Made by a program: the position numbers and the translations under genes
Notes under the pieces: generated by a model
The model's database searches: none
Told to the model about the DNA's origin: nothing
The model's input: the letters and a program-made list of their open reading frames with translations, nothing else
Shown: positions 39,221 to 50,117 of the stretch, one piece after another
How positions within the stretch are numbered: the first letter of the stretch is position 1
Layout: each line of letters begins with the position of its first letter
Assembly (NCBI GenBank): GCA_963717525.1
Contig: OY970343.1
Coordinates: 2,112,001-2,176,000, forward strand
DNA from: an uncultured Methanoregulaceae archaeon
Lineage (GTDB): Archaea > Halobacteriota > Methanomicrobia > Methanomicrobiales > Methanospirillaceae
Reading direction: 5' to 3'
Length of the DNA: 64,000 nucleotides

Positions 39221-39889
39221 ATGAAGATCCTTGTAATCCACGGGAGCCCTCGTGCGATCCGAAGTACCACACGGAGACTTGCCGGTTTTGTACTCGAAGG
39301 AGCGGCAGATGCCGGTGCAGAGACTGAAATGATCGACCTTGCGGATTACCGGATCACCCCATGCACTGCCTGTGAAGCGTGCACCCTCAACGGTATCTGC
39401 GTCAACGACGACGATCTCCCTGCCCTTGTGGCCCTGATGAACGCGGCGGACGCCCTTGTCTTTGACTCGCCGGTGTATATCGATAATGTCACCGGCCAGA
39501 TGAAGGTTTTCTTCGACCGGCTTGCGGATGCGATCCATTACCAGCAGTTCTCCGGGAAGTACGGCTGTGCCGTTGCAACCACGGCAGAGTCCGGTGGCGA
39601 CGGAGTGGTCGCGTACCTCAACCATGTCCTCAATTACCTTGGTGTCGTTTCGGTGGGGGGCATCAGCACAGCCACCGGGGGAAGATCGGAGGCCGTTGAG
39701 GAGTTGGAACCTGCAGCCCGGGCGCTCGGGAAAAAACTCGCGGACGCGGTCCGGGACGGGTACTCCGATCCGGCGCAGGAAGCGATCATCGCGGAGAACC
39801 GGGCGTACTTCAGGACCATTGTTGAAGAGAACCGGGATCTCCGCACGGAGGAGTACGAGCGGTGGGTGCGGATGGGCTGGATCCGGTGA
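39221..39889 (+). CDS. Iron-sulfur flavoprotein (flavodoxin-like, Isf family)
   Basis: GSPR, CTACEAC..C, SPVY. Confidence 0.9.
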   Translation: MKILVIHGSPRAIRSTTRRLAGFVLEGAADAGAETEMIDLADYRITPCTACEACTLNGICVNDDDLPALVALMNAADALVFDSPVYIDNVTGQMKVFFDRLADAIHYQQFSGKYGCAVATTAESGGDGVVAYLNHVLNYLGVVSVGGISTATGGRSEAVEELEPAARALGKKLADAVRDGYSDPAQEAIIAENRAYFRTIVEENRDLRTEEYERWVRMGWIR

Positions 39890-40010
39890 CCCGGGATTTT
39901 CTCTCACCCGCCCTGAAACGGAAAGACCGTGACGCCGTTTTGATGCGTGGGGTACCCGGCCTTGAAAGAACGTACTGGTGAATCTGATCAGGAACAATCA
40001 CAGAAAGAAG

Positions 40011-40084
40011 CGGGCCTGAAGGGATTTGAACCCTTGACCTGCGGATTAAGAGTCCGCCGCTATGCCGAACTAAGCTACAGACCC
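40011..40084 (-). tRNA. tRNA-Lys(CTT)
   Basis: GGGTCTGTAGCTTAGTTCGGCATAGCGGCGGACT-CTT-AATCCGCAGGTCAAGGGTTCAAATCCCTTCAGGCCCG. Confidence 0.96.
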
Positions 40085-40193
40085 ACGTAGCCTAATAATG
40101 TGGCCGGTACAGCCGAATAAATGTTTTGGAAACCGAAAGTCGGGACTTCCGGAGAATCCTTTTATACGTGGGCATGGCCCATCTTTTTCTTAC

Positions 40194-41663
40194 ATGCCTG
40201 ACACCGCCGCGTTTGAGTCGGCAGCCCCGATAAAATACTGCATCTTCGGGTGCGGGACCAACGGGTACAATATCATTCTCGAACTCGCAAAGGAAAACGA
40301 GCGCGTGATCATCGTCGACCGAGACGAGACGCGTGTCCGCCACCTCCGGGACCAGAAGTACGACGCGTATGTACGGGACATCACGGCGTCGGATATGCTG
40401 GTCGGGCTTCCCGTGTTCGAGATCGCGTTTGTGATGGCTGGCGATGCAGATGCAAACCTTGCTGCCGTCATCACCATCAAAAAACGGTACCCCTCCGTAC
40501 AGGTGATCGCCCGGGCCGTCGACCCGGTCAGTGGCGGCAGGCTCACTGCCGCCGGGGCGGATCTTGTCCTCTACCCGCAGGAAGTTGTGGCAAAGACCGC
40601 CGTCTTCCAGATCAAGAAGCAGCACGCGAGCCGGATCTCGCAGAGGCTTTTCTCTCTCCTCGCTGGCTGGGACGGCATCCTTGGGATCATCACCCACAAG
40701 AACCCGGACCCGGACGCGATCGCAAGCGCCATGGCCCTTGCCGAGATCGCACGGCACGCGAACTCAAAGACGCTGACCACCCGGATCTTCTACGAGGGAA
40801 ACATCGGGCACCAGGAGAACCGGACATTTGTCAATCTTCTCGATATCAAGATGGAGCACCTGACACCAGAAGCGCTCCAGAAATGCACCTACCTTGCAAT
40901 GGTGGACTGCTCGGGCCCGGGGGCGAACAACGATGTGCCTCCCCAGACAAAGATCCAGATCATCATCGACCACCACAAGGATGGGAACCACGCGGCCGGC
41001 CAAGGCATGTTTATGGATATCCGGCCCGGCATCGGGGCGACGGCGAGCATTATGACCCAATACCTGCAGGAGCTCGATATCCCGGTCGACAAAAGGGTGG
41101 CGACCGCGCTCCTGTACGGCATCAGGACAGACACAAAAGAATTCAAGAGGAATGTCACTCCGCAGGACTTAGGCAACGCCGGCTTTTTGCTCCCCCTCAC
41201 GGACGCGGACCTCCTCGACAAGATCATGTCGCCGTCCATGTCTCAGGAGACGATCGACGTGATGGGAAAGGCGATCCAGAACCGGAAGATCCAGAGCGGG
41301 TACCTCTTCGCGAACGTCGGTTACGTGATGAACCGGGATGCCCTCCCGCAGGCAGCGGATCTGCTCATCACGCTTGAAGGGGTGAACACGGCGCTCGTTT
41401 ACGGGATCACCGATACGTCGATCGTAATCTCGGCCCGGAACCGGGACATCCGGTTGCACGTGGGAAACGCGCTCGCCGAAGCGTTCGGGGACATGGGGGA
41501 TGCAGGGGGCCACCCGAACATGGCTGCGGCCAACCTTCCGCTCCATTATTTCGGGAACGTTGCAGACAAGGTGGCGCTTCTTGAGATCACCATCGAGCCG
41601 ATCCTCCAGAAGTTCAAGAATCTCGTCGGCCTCGAGAATGAGGAAAGGAAAAATGAGGAATGA
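40194..41663 (+). CDS. TrkA-N (RCK) domain fused to a DHH/DHHA1 phosphoesterase
   Basis: IFGCGTNG; HKNPDPDA, IDHH, GIRTDT, AGGH. Confidence 0.92.
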   Translation: MPDTAAFESAAPIKYCIFGCGTNGYNIILELAKENERVIIVDRDETRVRHLRDQKYDAYVRDITASDMLVGLPVFEIAFVMAGDADANLAAVITIKKRYPSVQVIARAVDPVSGGRLTAAGADLVLYPQEVVAKTAVFQIKKQHASRISQRLFSLLAGWDGILGIITHKNPDPDAIASAMALAEIARHANSKTLTTRIFYEGNIGHQENRTFVNLLDIKMEHLTPEALQKCTYLAMVDCSGPGANNDVPPQTKIQIIIDHHKDGNHAAGQGMFMDIRPGIGATASIMTQYLQELDIPVDKRVATALLYGIRTDTKEFKRNVTPQDLGNAGFLLPLTDADLLDKIMSPSMSQETIDVMGKAIQNRKIQSGYLFANVGYVMNRDALPQAADLLITLEGVNTALVYGITDTSIVISARNRDIRLHVGNALAEAFGDMGDAGGHPNMAAANLPLHYFGNVADKVALLEITIEPILQKFKNLVGLENEERKNEE

Positions 41664-41706
41664 TGCCGTGCCGGCCATGTTTTCTGTGGCCGGGCACCGG
41701 TGAACC

Positions 41707-42333
41707 ATGGAATTTTCCGCGTGGGAACCCCATTACCGCGAGATCCTTGCCTCTTTCGGGTTCTCCCGCGAGGACGACGAGAAGGCAGCAGCCCTGCTTG
41801 CAACCCTCATCGGTCATGATGACCTCCCCGCTCTGGCCCGGCTGGTGAAGGGGCGAACTGTTGTGGTCTGCGGGAACGCCCCCGGCCTCGGACAGGAACT
41901 CACCCTCATCCCGAAAGGCAGCGTCGTCTTCGCCGCCGATGCAGCGGCCGATGTCCTCTTCACGCATGGCATCCGGCCCGAAGCGGTCTTCACCGACCTT
42001 GACGGTGCGACCGATCTTCTGGTTGAAATGAACCGGGCCGGTACGATCGTGGTGGTGCATGCTCACGGTGACAATATCCCGCTCCTCCGGCACTGGGTGA
42101 AGAGATTGCCCGGCCCGGTGGTCGCCACCACGCAGAGTACACCTCTTGAGCATGTCCACAACTTCGGCGGCTTTTCCGACGGTGACCGGGCGGTCTTTGC
42201 TGCCGATGCGCTCGGCGCAAAAACGATCACGCTGGTCGGGTTCGATCTCGATGACAAAAATGTAGACCCGGTCAAGCGGGGGAAACTTATGTGGGCAAAG
42301 AAACTGCTTGCCCTGATCGGCCATGACCGCTGA
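41707..42333 (+). CDS. mptE: 6-hydroxymethyl-7,8-dihydropterin pyrophosphokinase
   Basis: TDLDG, VHAHGDN, NFGGFSDGDRAV, KRGKL. Confidence 0.9.
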   Translation: MEFSAWEPHYREILASFGFSREDDEKAAALLATLIGHDDLPALARLVKGRTVVVCGNAPGLGQELTLIPKGSVVFAADAAADVLFTHGIRPEAVFTDLDGATDLLVEMNRAGTIVVVHAHGDNIPLLRHWVKRLPGPVVATTQSTPLEHVHNFGGFSDGDRAVFAADALGAKTITLVGFDLDDKNVDPVKRGKLMWAKKLLALIGHDR

Positions 42334-43982
42334 TGCAGGCCGGAATACAACGGCTATCATCCTTGACGGGTACGTGGACGAACCCGCATGCCTCGGTGTC
42401 CCGCCGTACATCTCGCCGTATATCCGGACAGTCGCCGGAATGCTTATCACTCATGGCTTTACCGTCCGGTACTTCACTATTGACCAGCTCAGGAACGATC
42501 CGCAGCTGCCTGCAGTGATGGACCGGGCCGGCCTTCTCGTGGCAATTGCGGGTGTGACAGTCCCGGGAAAATACCTTGGCGGAACTCCTGCCACCTTAAC
42601 TGAGCTCCGGCAGGTGGGCCATATGGTGAGGGGCCCAAAGAAACTGATCGGCGGCCCCATTGGCTTTGGGTATGCCGGGGAGGGCGGGAAAAAGGCCATC
42701 CGCGAGCAGGTCACCGGGTTTGACGCGCTGCTCACCGGCGATCCGGCCGTGGCACTCGACCGGTACCTGGGCGGGGGAGAGCCTGCCGGGGTCTTCGATT
42801 ACACCCAGACCGACCCGTGGAGTGTTGCGGGGGCCGGTATCATCACGCAGCACCCGGACTTCCCGTACGTGATGTGTGAACTAGAGACCGCCCGGGGCTG
42901 CTCCCACGGGGCAACGGGCGGCTGCTCGTTCTGCACCGAGCCCTTTTACGGCCGGCCCCGGTACCGGTCCGTGGCCGGGGTCGTTTCTGAGGTTGCCGCT
43001 CTTGCTGCACACGGTGCCCGGCACTTCCGGGTGGGCCGGCAGCCGGACATCCTGGCCTATGGGGCAGGGGAGGGCGAGTACCCGGCACCCGGCCGGATCT
43101 TCTCGAAGCACTCTTCTCCGGGATCCGTGCAGCTGCGCCGGATCTCAGGACGCTCCACATCGACAACACGAACCCGGCCACCATTGCCCGGCACGAGGAG
43201 AAGAGCCGGGAGGTGCTTGCTGCGATCATCCGGCACCACACGCCCGGGGACGTCGCCGCGTTCGGGATGGAGACCGCCGATCCGGCCGTTATCGCGGCAA
43301 ACAACCTTAAGGCACAGCCGGATGAGGTTTTCCGGGCCATTGAGATTGTCAACGAAGCCGGGGGCATGCGCGGGGAGGGATCCCAGAACTGCTGCCCGGC
43401 CTCAACTTCGTCTGCGGGCTTGCCGGAGAGACACCAGCGACCTACGACAAAAACGAACAGTTTCTCTCCCGCGTCCTTGCAGCCGGCCTCATGGTCCGGC
43501 GCGTCAACATCCGGCAGGTAATGCCCTTTGAGGGAACACCGGCGTACACCAATAACACGCTCGGGAAACACGACCGGCGTTTCCGGGCCTTCAAGGAGTT
43601 TGTCAGGAATAAGATCGATCTTCCGATGCTCCAGCAGGTCTTTCCCATCGGTCCTATCCTCCGCGACGTACGGATTGAGGTCTCCGGTGAAATCTCGTTC
43701 GGCCGGCAACCGGGCTCGTACCCGATCCTCGCCGGAATCCCGGTGAACTTCCCCGTCCGGTCTGTGGTCGATGTAGTCGTCGTGGACTGGGGTATGCGTT
43801 CGATTACCGCCCTTCCCCTCCCGCTTAACGTCAACACCCTGCCGGCGCCCGCCCTCCGCTGGATGCCCGGCGTCGGGAAGAAGCGGGTAGTGGCAGTGCT
43901 GGCAAAGCGCCCGTTTGCAAACGTTGCAGCGTTTGTGAAGGTCGCGGGGAGCTCGCCGCTTGACCCGATGCTTGAGTGCTGA
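42323..43982 (+). CDS. Radical SAM protein with C-terminal TRAM-like/HhH region; frameshifts near 43090 and 43379
   Basis: LDGYVDEPACLGVPPY, RGCSHGATGGCSFC, FGMETAD, RRVNIRQV, MPGVGKKR across three frames. Confidence 0.85.
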
Positions 43983-44021
43983 ATATTTTAGTATAGGGGA
44001 AACACCCCGTATTTTTCCTCG

Positions 44022-44300
44022 ACGCTCTTGGGGGCTTCGGCATTTCAAGCCTCCGCCCCCGCCGCTTGGGCATCCCCCATTAGCGATAGTGCTGTATTAC
44101 CTGTTCCGGTGCCATCGCACTGCGGCCAATCTGCACCGGGGGACTGAGGTGCGCACAAAGGAAGGTAATGATACCCTCCTTAATCTCCCGAGGTCAGCGG
44201 GAAAGGTGCAGGAAAATATCCATGGGGGTCAAGGCGATGCGCCCCTTGGTTTGCCTCCCCCGTTGGGGGGGAGCGGGGGTCACCCTCACATAGCGGCGAA
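44022..44300. repeat. GC-rich structured intergenic element, including repeat copy 2
   Basis: Shares its core with 8213-8264; hairpins CAAGG..CCTTG and CTCCCCC..GGGGGAG; lies between convergent genes. Confidence 0.5.
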
Positions 44301-44350
44301 TGTCAGGAATACCGGGGCAGGGATGTCTCCCGATCCCCCGGGGCCGTTTT

Positions 44351-45484
44351 TTAGATCTTCCGTAATTCGGTCACTTTCAGGATATCGGTGCGGGTTACGA
44401 TACCGACAATACGATCTTCCTGCACAATGGGGATCCGGCCGATGTTTCGTGTGGACATAATCCTGAGAGCGTCCATCACCGGTGCCGTGGGCGGAAGGAC
44501 GATCACGTCCCGGGTCATGACATCCTTGACCTGCATCGCCTCGCGGTCGATTGACGAAGTGCGGTTCACGTCCGCGAGCGTTATCATACCCACGAGCGTG
44601 TCGCGTTCGATCACGGGAAAACCGAGGTGCTTGCTCGAGTACATCATCTCGATCACTTTTGAAAGCGGCAGGTTTGCAGGCACTGTGGCCACGGGAGCGC
44701 TCATCATGTTGCCCACGGTCACGTCCCGCAACAGGACGTTGTACTGGACGGCTGTTGACTCCATGCTTGCCCCGATGTAGACAAAAAGGGCGATCAGGAT
44801 CAAAAACGGCGAGAAGAAGTAAAGACCGACGATCCCAAAGATAACTGCGAATGCCTTGCCGACGTTTGCCGCGATCCGGGTCGCACGGTCGAGCGGCATC
44901 CGGGCTGCAAGCACCGCCCGGAGTACCCGGCCGCCGTCCATGGGAAATGCGGGGATCAGGTTGAAGGCAAAGAGGATGATGTTGAGCACGCCGAGGTACC
45001 CGAAGATGAATATAAGTACACCCTGCAGTGCCGGGTCCGGGGTCATTCCCGGGGTGATGTACACGAGGCCGCAGCAGACAAGGCCGAAGATGAGGCTCGT
45101 AATCGGCCCGGCAAGCGCCATGGGCAGTTCCGTCCGTGGTTCCGGTGTCCCTTCGTCCATCTGGGCGACACCGCCGAACATCAGGAGCGTGATGCTCTGC
45201 ATCTTTATGCCTTTTGACCGGGCCACGAGCGAATGGGCGAGCTCGTGGACGAGCACCCCGAAGAAGAGGCCAAGCGCGACCACCGTTCCAAGGATCCAGG
45301 GCATGTAGCCCCCGATGATGATGGTTGTGTCGATCCCGATGCCAAAGATCTCCCGGAGCATGTCGGTCGTGGCATCGATCTGGCTGCCGATGATATACGC
45401 GAACAGCGGGATAATCAGCAAAAACGTCCAGTGGAGCAGGATCGGGATCCCAAAAAGCCGCCCGATCCGAAGAGATCCATCCAT
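44351..45484 (-). CDS. Site-2 protease (M50) with CBS pair
   Basis: VHELAH, LAGP, NLIPAFPMDGG, two CBS domains. Confidence 0.95.
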   Translation of the reverse strand: MDGSLRIGRLFGIPILLHWTFLLIIPLFAYIIGSQIDATTDMLREIFGIGIDTTIIIGGYMPWILGTVVALGLFFGVLVHELAHSLVARSKGIKMQSITLLMFGGVAQMDEGTPEPRTELPMALAGPITSLIFGLVCCGLVYITPGMTPDPALQGVLIFIFGYLGVLNIILFAFNLIPAFPMDGGRVLRAVLAARMPLDRATRIAANVGKAFAVIFGIVGLYFFSPFLILIALFVYIGASMESTAVQYNVLLRDVTVGNMMSAPVATVPANLPLSKVIEMMYSSKHLGFPVIERDTLVGMITLADVNRTSSIDREAMQVKDVMTRDVIVLPPTAPVMDALRIMSTRNIGRIPIVQEDRIVGIVTRTDILKVTELRKI

Positions 45485-45537
45485 AAAGTATGGATTATCT
45501 TTTTAACCCATATGGTATATACTTTCATCTGATAACG

Positions 45538-45807
45538 ATGGAAACCCAGATTACGGATTTATTCGGGCTTGCGATTTACACGGATAAGGGCATGTACATC
45601 GGCGAGGTCGACGATGTTGTCATTGACGTGGATTCAAAGAAGATCGAGTCGCTTGTCGTGGGCAAGGTAAACGACCAGCTCTTCGAGCTCAAAAACTACA
45701 AGGGTCTCAAGATCCCCTACCGGATCATCAGCGCTATTGACGACATTGTGCTCATCCGCCACCTGCCGGGCGCTTTTGCCGGGTCCGGCACGATCGAGGA
45801 AGAATAA
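45538..45807 (+). CDS. PRC-barrel domain protein (CdpB-like)
   Basis: IYTDKGMYIGEVDDVVID..IPYRIISAIDDIVLI. Confidence 0.88.
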   Translation: METQITDLFGLAIYTDKGMYIGEVDDVVIDVDSKKIESLVVGKVNDQLFELKNYKGLKIPYRIISAIDDIVLIRHLPGAFAGSGTIEEE

Positions 45808-45898
45808 AGCGCATTTTTTATTAATCTGGTGCGATCACACGGGTGGTGCGGGGGCCCCCACCGTTTTATTTTCTCTCCTGCAAAAATGAAGGCATTCC

Positions 45899-46630
45899 AT
45901 GGAAAATTATGAGATCTTCGCGAACCTCGCCACGATCCCCCCAATCTTTGTCCGTCTCGACGGCAGGGCGTTCCACGGGCTGACGAAGAAGTTCGGGTTT
46001 GCAAAGCCGTTTGACGACCGGTTCTGCGAAGCGATGGTGAATGCCTGCATGGCGCTTGTGGCCGACAGTGGCCTTGCGCCGGTTTTCGCGTACACCTTCT
46101 CGGACGAGATCAGCCTGTACCTTACCGGGCTGCCGTTCTCGGGCCGGGTGGAGAAGATCGACTCGGTGGCCGCCTCGTACGCGGCAAGTATCCTTACAAT
46201 CGCTCTCGATGCTGATGAGCCGCTCGCTTTCGATGCACGGATAGTGCAGGCTACACCGGCGTTCGCGATCGGGTACATGACCGGCCGGCAGGACGAGGCG
46301 TGGCGCAACCATTTAAATGCCTACTGCCAGCAAGCGCTCATCGTAGAAGGGATGGATGCGACCGACGCAGCCAGACAGCTTAAGGGGATGCCGGCGCAGG
46401 AGCTCCACGAGATGATGCATAAGCGGGGCGTCAACCTTGCAAAGACGCCGGCCTGGCAGCGCCGGGGGATCCTGGTCTGCAAAAAAGAAGTCGAGAAAGA
46501 GGGTTACAACCCGGTTACAGATGAGCACGTCACGGTGACACGGAGCATGGTTGCAGAAGACCGGGACCTGCCGCTCTTTTCGACACCGGAAGGGCAAGCA
46601 TTTCTCCGGAAGCTGATCTGCGGCGGATAA
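45899..46630 (+). CDS. thg1: tRNA(His) guanylyltransferase / Thg1-like protein
   Basis: VRLDGRAFH, YTFSDEIS, FDAR, RQDEAWRN, PAWQRRG. Confidence 0.95.
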   Translation: MENYEIFANLATIPPIFVRLDGRAFHGLTKKFGFAKPFDDRFCEAMVNACMALVADSGLAPVFAYTFSDEISLYLTGLPFSGRVEKIDSVAASYAASILTIALDADEPLAFDARIVQATPAFAIGYMTGRQDEAWRNHLNAYCQQALIVEGMDATDAARQLKGMPAQELHEMMHKRGVNLAKTPAWQRRGILVCKKEVEKEGYNPVTDEHVTVTRSMVAEDRDLPLFSTPEGQAFLRKLICGG

Positions 46631-46760
46631 GTACCTTTTTCAGCGACTTCTTATCCCGGGTCTCCGCGTGCATCACAACATACGCCCGGAAATATAAGGT
46701 ATCAGCCACGTTTCTCACTACTAACCCTGGTTATAAAGGGAAAAAAATTTAGCAGGCAGT

Positions 46761-49700
46761 TCATGCCGCCTTCGAGATCCCGATCGTCATCGCTACGCCC
46801 TCGACATCCCAGTCTTTTGAAAGCTGGTGCGATGGCACCCGGCATTCCCCGGCAAGGTGGAGCGACAGATCCTTTGCCCTGACCTCGTCAGCGATCCCCG
46901 GCTTCCAGCTGGTACCAACAAGCCCGCAGATACGCTGGTCGGCGATGGCAACATCGGCCGAAATAAAATCCTCGACTGCAAGATCGAGCTGCCGGCGCAT
47001 CTCCTGGATACGGCGGATCACTTCCCGGGCATAGCCCTCCGCTTCGAGATCCGGCGTGAGCGCCACGTCCACGTACACGGTTGCGTCTTCCATGGGGGCC
47101 GAGAAGATATCGGACGGGAGTTTCTCCGTAAACGTCACGTGCTCCGCACCGACCTCAAACGTCGCACTGCCACCAGTCAATGTGAAGGTCCGCCCGGCAT
47201 CCACCGCCACCTTGATCGCGTTCCCATCCGCAGCCTCGATGAGCCCCTTAACCGTAAAGGAATTTTTGCCAAACCCTTTCCCGAGTGCCTTCATCACCGG
47301 CTCTGCGTGCCAGCCGATCCGGTCCCACCGGCCCATCACGACCGTGACCCTGCGGGCATTGGCCCGGTCTTTGCAGACCTCGTTGAGCCGGGCGACAGCA
47401 TCCTTTACCCCGGGCTTCTCCGTTACGATGACGACCTCCTCCACCGGCCAGCGGAGTTTTCTCTTTCCCGCCTGCCGGGCGTTCTGCACTGCGTCGTCGA
47501 ACGAGCGGACGAGCTCCATTGCGTGCTCCAGTTCTGCGTTTACGAGTGAATCGTCGCAGGCCTGCCAGTCAAGCATATGCACGCTATCGGGATCGTTCCT
47601 GCACCGGATGTTCCCGTAGATCTCCTCGGTGATATGGGGGCAGAAGGGAGCCATGAGGCCCATGAGCCGGCGCATCACGTAATAGATCGTCTCGTACGCG
47701 AAGAGTTTCTCCTGCGATTCGCCTTCGAGCCACATCCGGGGCCTGACCAGCTGGACGTACCAGCGCGAGAGGTCTTCGAGTATGAAGTTGTTCAGTTCGC
47801 GGGTCGCCCGGTGGAGTTGGCACTCCTTTGTCGCCGAGTCCACGACACCGGCGATCGAATTTATCCGGGAGATGATCCAGCGGTCTTCGTCCGGGAGCTG
47901 CCGGAGGTGGGCAGAGATGAACGCTTCATCCCAGATCCCGTCCTTTGACTGCGGCTCGAACCGGTCGAGGATCATGTACGGGACCGGGAACCGGTACACG
48001 TTCCAGAGGATGTTTACCGCACGGTTGACGGTCGCAACGCCGTCCCAGTTGAACTTCAGATCGTCCCACGGTGCCGAGGAAGAGAGCACGTAGAAACGGA
48101 GCACGTCCACGCCGACTTTTGCGATCACTTCCTCAGGCGTCACCACGTTCCCGAGGCTCTTTGACATCTTCTTTCCCTCGGCATCGAGCGCAAAGCCGTG
48201 CATGCAGACGCTTTTGTACGGCGCCTTCCCGAACGCGATCGTGCTTGCGCCGAGCTGTGAGTAGAACCAGCCCCGGGTCTGGTCCTGCCCCTCGGTGATA
48301 AAGTCTGCAGGCCAGAGTTTTTCGAAGTCAGCTGTCTCTTTTGGGAAGCCGAGCGTAGCCCATGACGCGACCGCAGAATCGAACCAGACATCGAAGATGT
48401 CCTCGACCCGGTGCATCGTGCCGCCGCACGTGCACGGGATCGTCACCTTGTCCACGAACGGGCGGTGGGGGTCGGAGACCGCCTTTCCACTGGCCTTCTC
48501 AAGCTCCGCGATGGTGCCAATCACCCGGTAGTTGTCGCATTTCCTGCAGACCCAGACCGGGATCGGGATGCCCCAGTACCGCTGCCGGGATATGCACCAG
48601 TCCCGGGCCTCCTTGATCCAGTCGTAGAACCGGGCGCTTCCTGCCCACTCTGGATACCATGTGACTTTTTCAACCTCGGAAAGCATGAGGTCCCGGATCT
48701 CCGACGCCTTCAGGAACCACTGCGAGGTCGCCCGGAAGATGATCGGTGTCTTGCAGCGCCAGCAGTGGCCGTACCTGTGGACGATCTTCTCGGTCGCAAT
48801 CAGGTGGCTGCCCAGGGCATCGAGCACGTCCTGGTTTGAGTCCCGGACCCCTTTCCCGGCAAATGCGCCGGCCTCGGGCCGGAACCTCCCGGCACCGTCG
48901 ACCGGGCAGACAATGGCGAGATTCTCCTTTGTCCCAAGTACGTAATCGTCCCACCCGTGGCCCGGGGCGATATGCACCATACCGGTGTTCTCCAGTGCCA
49001 CAAAGTCTGCGGCCACGACCCGGTGCGCAATCTCGCGCTGGAGCGGCACATATTCAAGAAGTGGCGAATCGTACTCCCAGCCGACAAGCTCGGCACCCTT
49101 CCTTGTTTCCAGCGCTTCGAACTTCTGGTACCGTCCTTTCTTGAGCACCGATTTTATAAGTGGCTCTGCCATCCAGAGGTGTTCCGTGCGGCCATCTTTT
49201 TCTGCACGAACCTTTGCATAGACGAAATCCTTTGATACCGCGACCGCGACGTTCGCCGGCAGCGTCCATGGTGTTGTTGTCCAGATCACCAGGTACTCGC
49301 CTGTTTTACCCTTGATAGGGAACTTGACAAAGACCGAAGGGTCGGTCTCATCCCAGTACTCTACTTCGGCGTCCGCGATCGCCGTCTCGCACCGGGGGCA
49401 CCAGTTCACGACCCGGTGCCCGCGTTCCAGCATCCCTTTCTCTTCGGCCCGGGCAAGGGTCCACCATGCCGCTTCCACGTATCCCGGGGTGATCGTCTGG
49501 TACGCACCCGGGAAGTCCAGCCATATCCCCAGGCTCTCAAACTGGGTGTCCATCAGGTTTTTGTTCTTTATCGCGAATTCCCGGCATTTATCGATGAACT
49601 CCTGTATCCCGAACGTCTCGATATCCTTTTTCGAGGCAAAGCCAAGCGTCTGCTCAACCTTGACCTCGATAGGAAGGCCATGCATATCGTAGCCCGCACG

Positions 49701-49940
49701 GTCGATCACATTCTGCCCGTTCATCCGGTGGTACCGGAGGAGCGAATCCTTGATGATCTTGTTCCACGCGGTGCCGAGATGAATCTGCCCCGTGGTGTAG
49801 GGCGGGCCATCGACAAAAAAGAAGGCCTTCCCGGCACTGCGGAGATTCTTCACTGCTTTGTAGGTTCCCCGGGTGCGCCAGGAGTCCTGCACCCTGCGCT
49901 CGATATCCTTTGCATTGAAGTTCGCGGTGACTTCCTTCAC
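46761..49940 (-). CDS. ileS: Isoleucine--tRNA ligase
   Basis: DGPPY..HLGT, WTTTPWT, DQTRGWF, KMSKS. Confidence 0.98.
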   Translation of the reverse strand: MKEVTANFNAKDIERRVQDSWRTRGTYKAVKNLRSAGKAFFFVDGPPYTTGQIHLGTAWNKIIKDSLLRYHRMNGQNVIDRAGYDMHGLPIEVKVEQTLGFASKKDIETFGIQEFIDKCREFAIKNKNLMDTQFESLGIWLDFPGAYQTITPGYVEAAWWTLARAEEKGMLERGHRVVNWCPRCETAIADAEVEYWDETDPSVFVKFPIKGKTGEYLVIWTTTPWTLPANVAVAVSKDFVYAKVRAEKDGRTEHLWMAEPLIKSVLKKGRYQKFEALETRKGAELVGWEYDSPLLEYVPLQREIAHRVVAADFVALENTGMVHIAPGHGWDDYVLGTKENLAIVCPVDGAGRFRPEAGAFAGKGVRDSNQDVLDALGSHLIATEKIVHRYGHCWRCKTPIIFRATSQWFLKASEIRDLMLSEVEKVTWYPEWAGSARFYDWIKEARDWCISRQRYWGIPIPVWVCRKCDNYRVIGTIAELEKASGKAVSDPHRPFVDKVTIPCTCGGTMHRVEDIFDVWFDSAVASWATLGFPKETADFEKLWPADFITEGQDQTRGWFYSQLGASTIAFGKAPYKSVCMHGFALDAEGKKMSKSLGNVVTPEEVIAKVGVDVLRFYVLSSSAPWDDLKFNWDGVATVNRAVNILWNVYRFPVPYMILDRFEPQSKDGIWDEAFISAHLRQLPDEDRWIISRINSIAGVVDSATKECQLHRATRELNNFILEDLSRWYVQLVRPRMWLEGESQEKLFAYETIYYVMRRLMGLMAPFCPHITEEIYGNIRCRNDPDSVHMLDWQACDDSLVNAELEHAMELVRSFDDAVQNARQAGKRKLRWPVEEVVIVTEKPGVKDAVARLNEVCKDRANARRVTVVMGRWDRIGWHAEPVMKALGKGFGKNSFTVKGLIEAADGNAIKVAVDAGRTFTLTGGSATFEVGAEHVTFTEKLPSDIFSAPMEDATVYVDVALTPDLEAEGYAREVIRRIQEMRRQLDLAVEDFISADVAIADQRICGLVGTSWKPGIADEVRAKDLSLHLAGECRVPSHQLSKDWDVEGVAMTIGISKAA

Positions 49941-50117
49941 AAAATCCCTCTGTTACGATGGCGGGATGCCCAAACGTATCGATGAATGTTGGTGCTTTAT
50001 GACAAAGTAGTTTTCTTGTACCGGCCGGTCCTGTTACGGGGCGGCATCCGGTGTGTATCACGGACACTGCCTTGAACTCCCCGGGTACGGTGGAAAAAAA
50101 GGAGCTGGTGTGCCTCG

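Noticed and set aside
45899..46630. Pyrrolysine-type in-frame amber codon in thg1
   Set aside because: The ORF is uninterrupted; I saw no readthrough candidates in the window.
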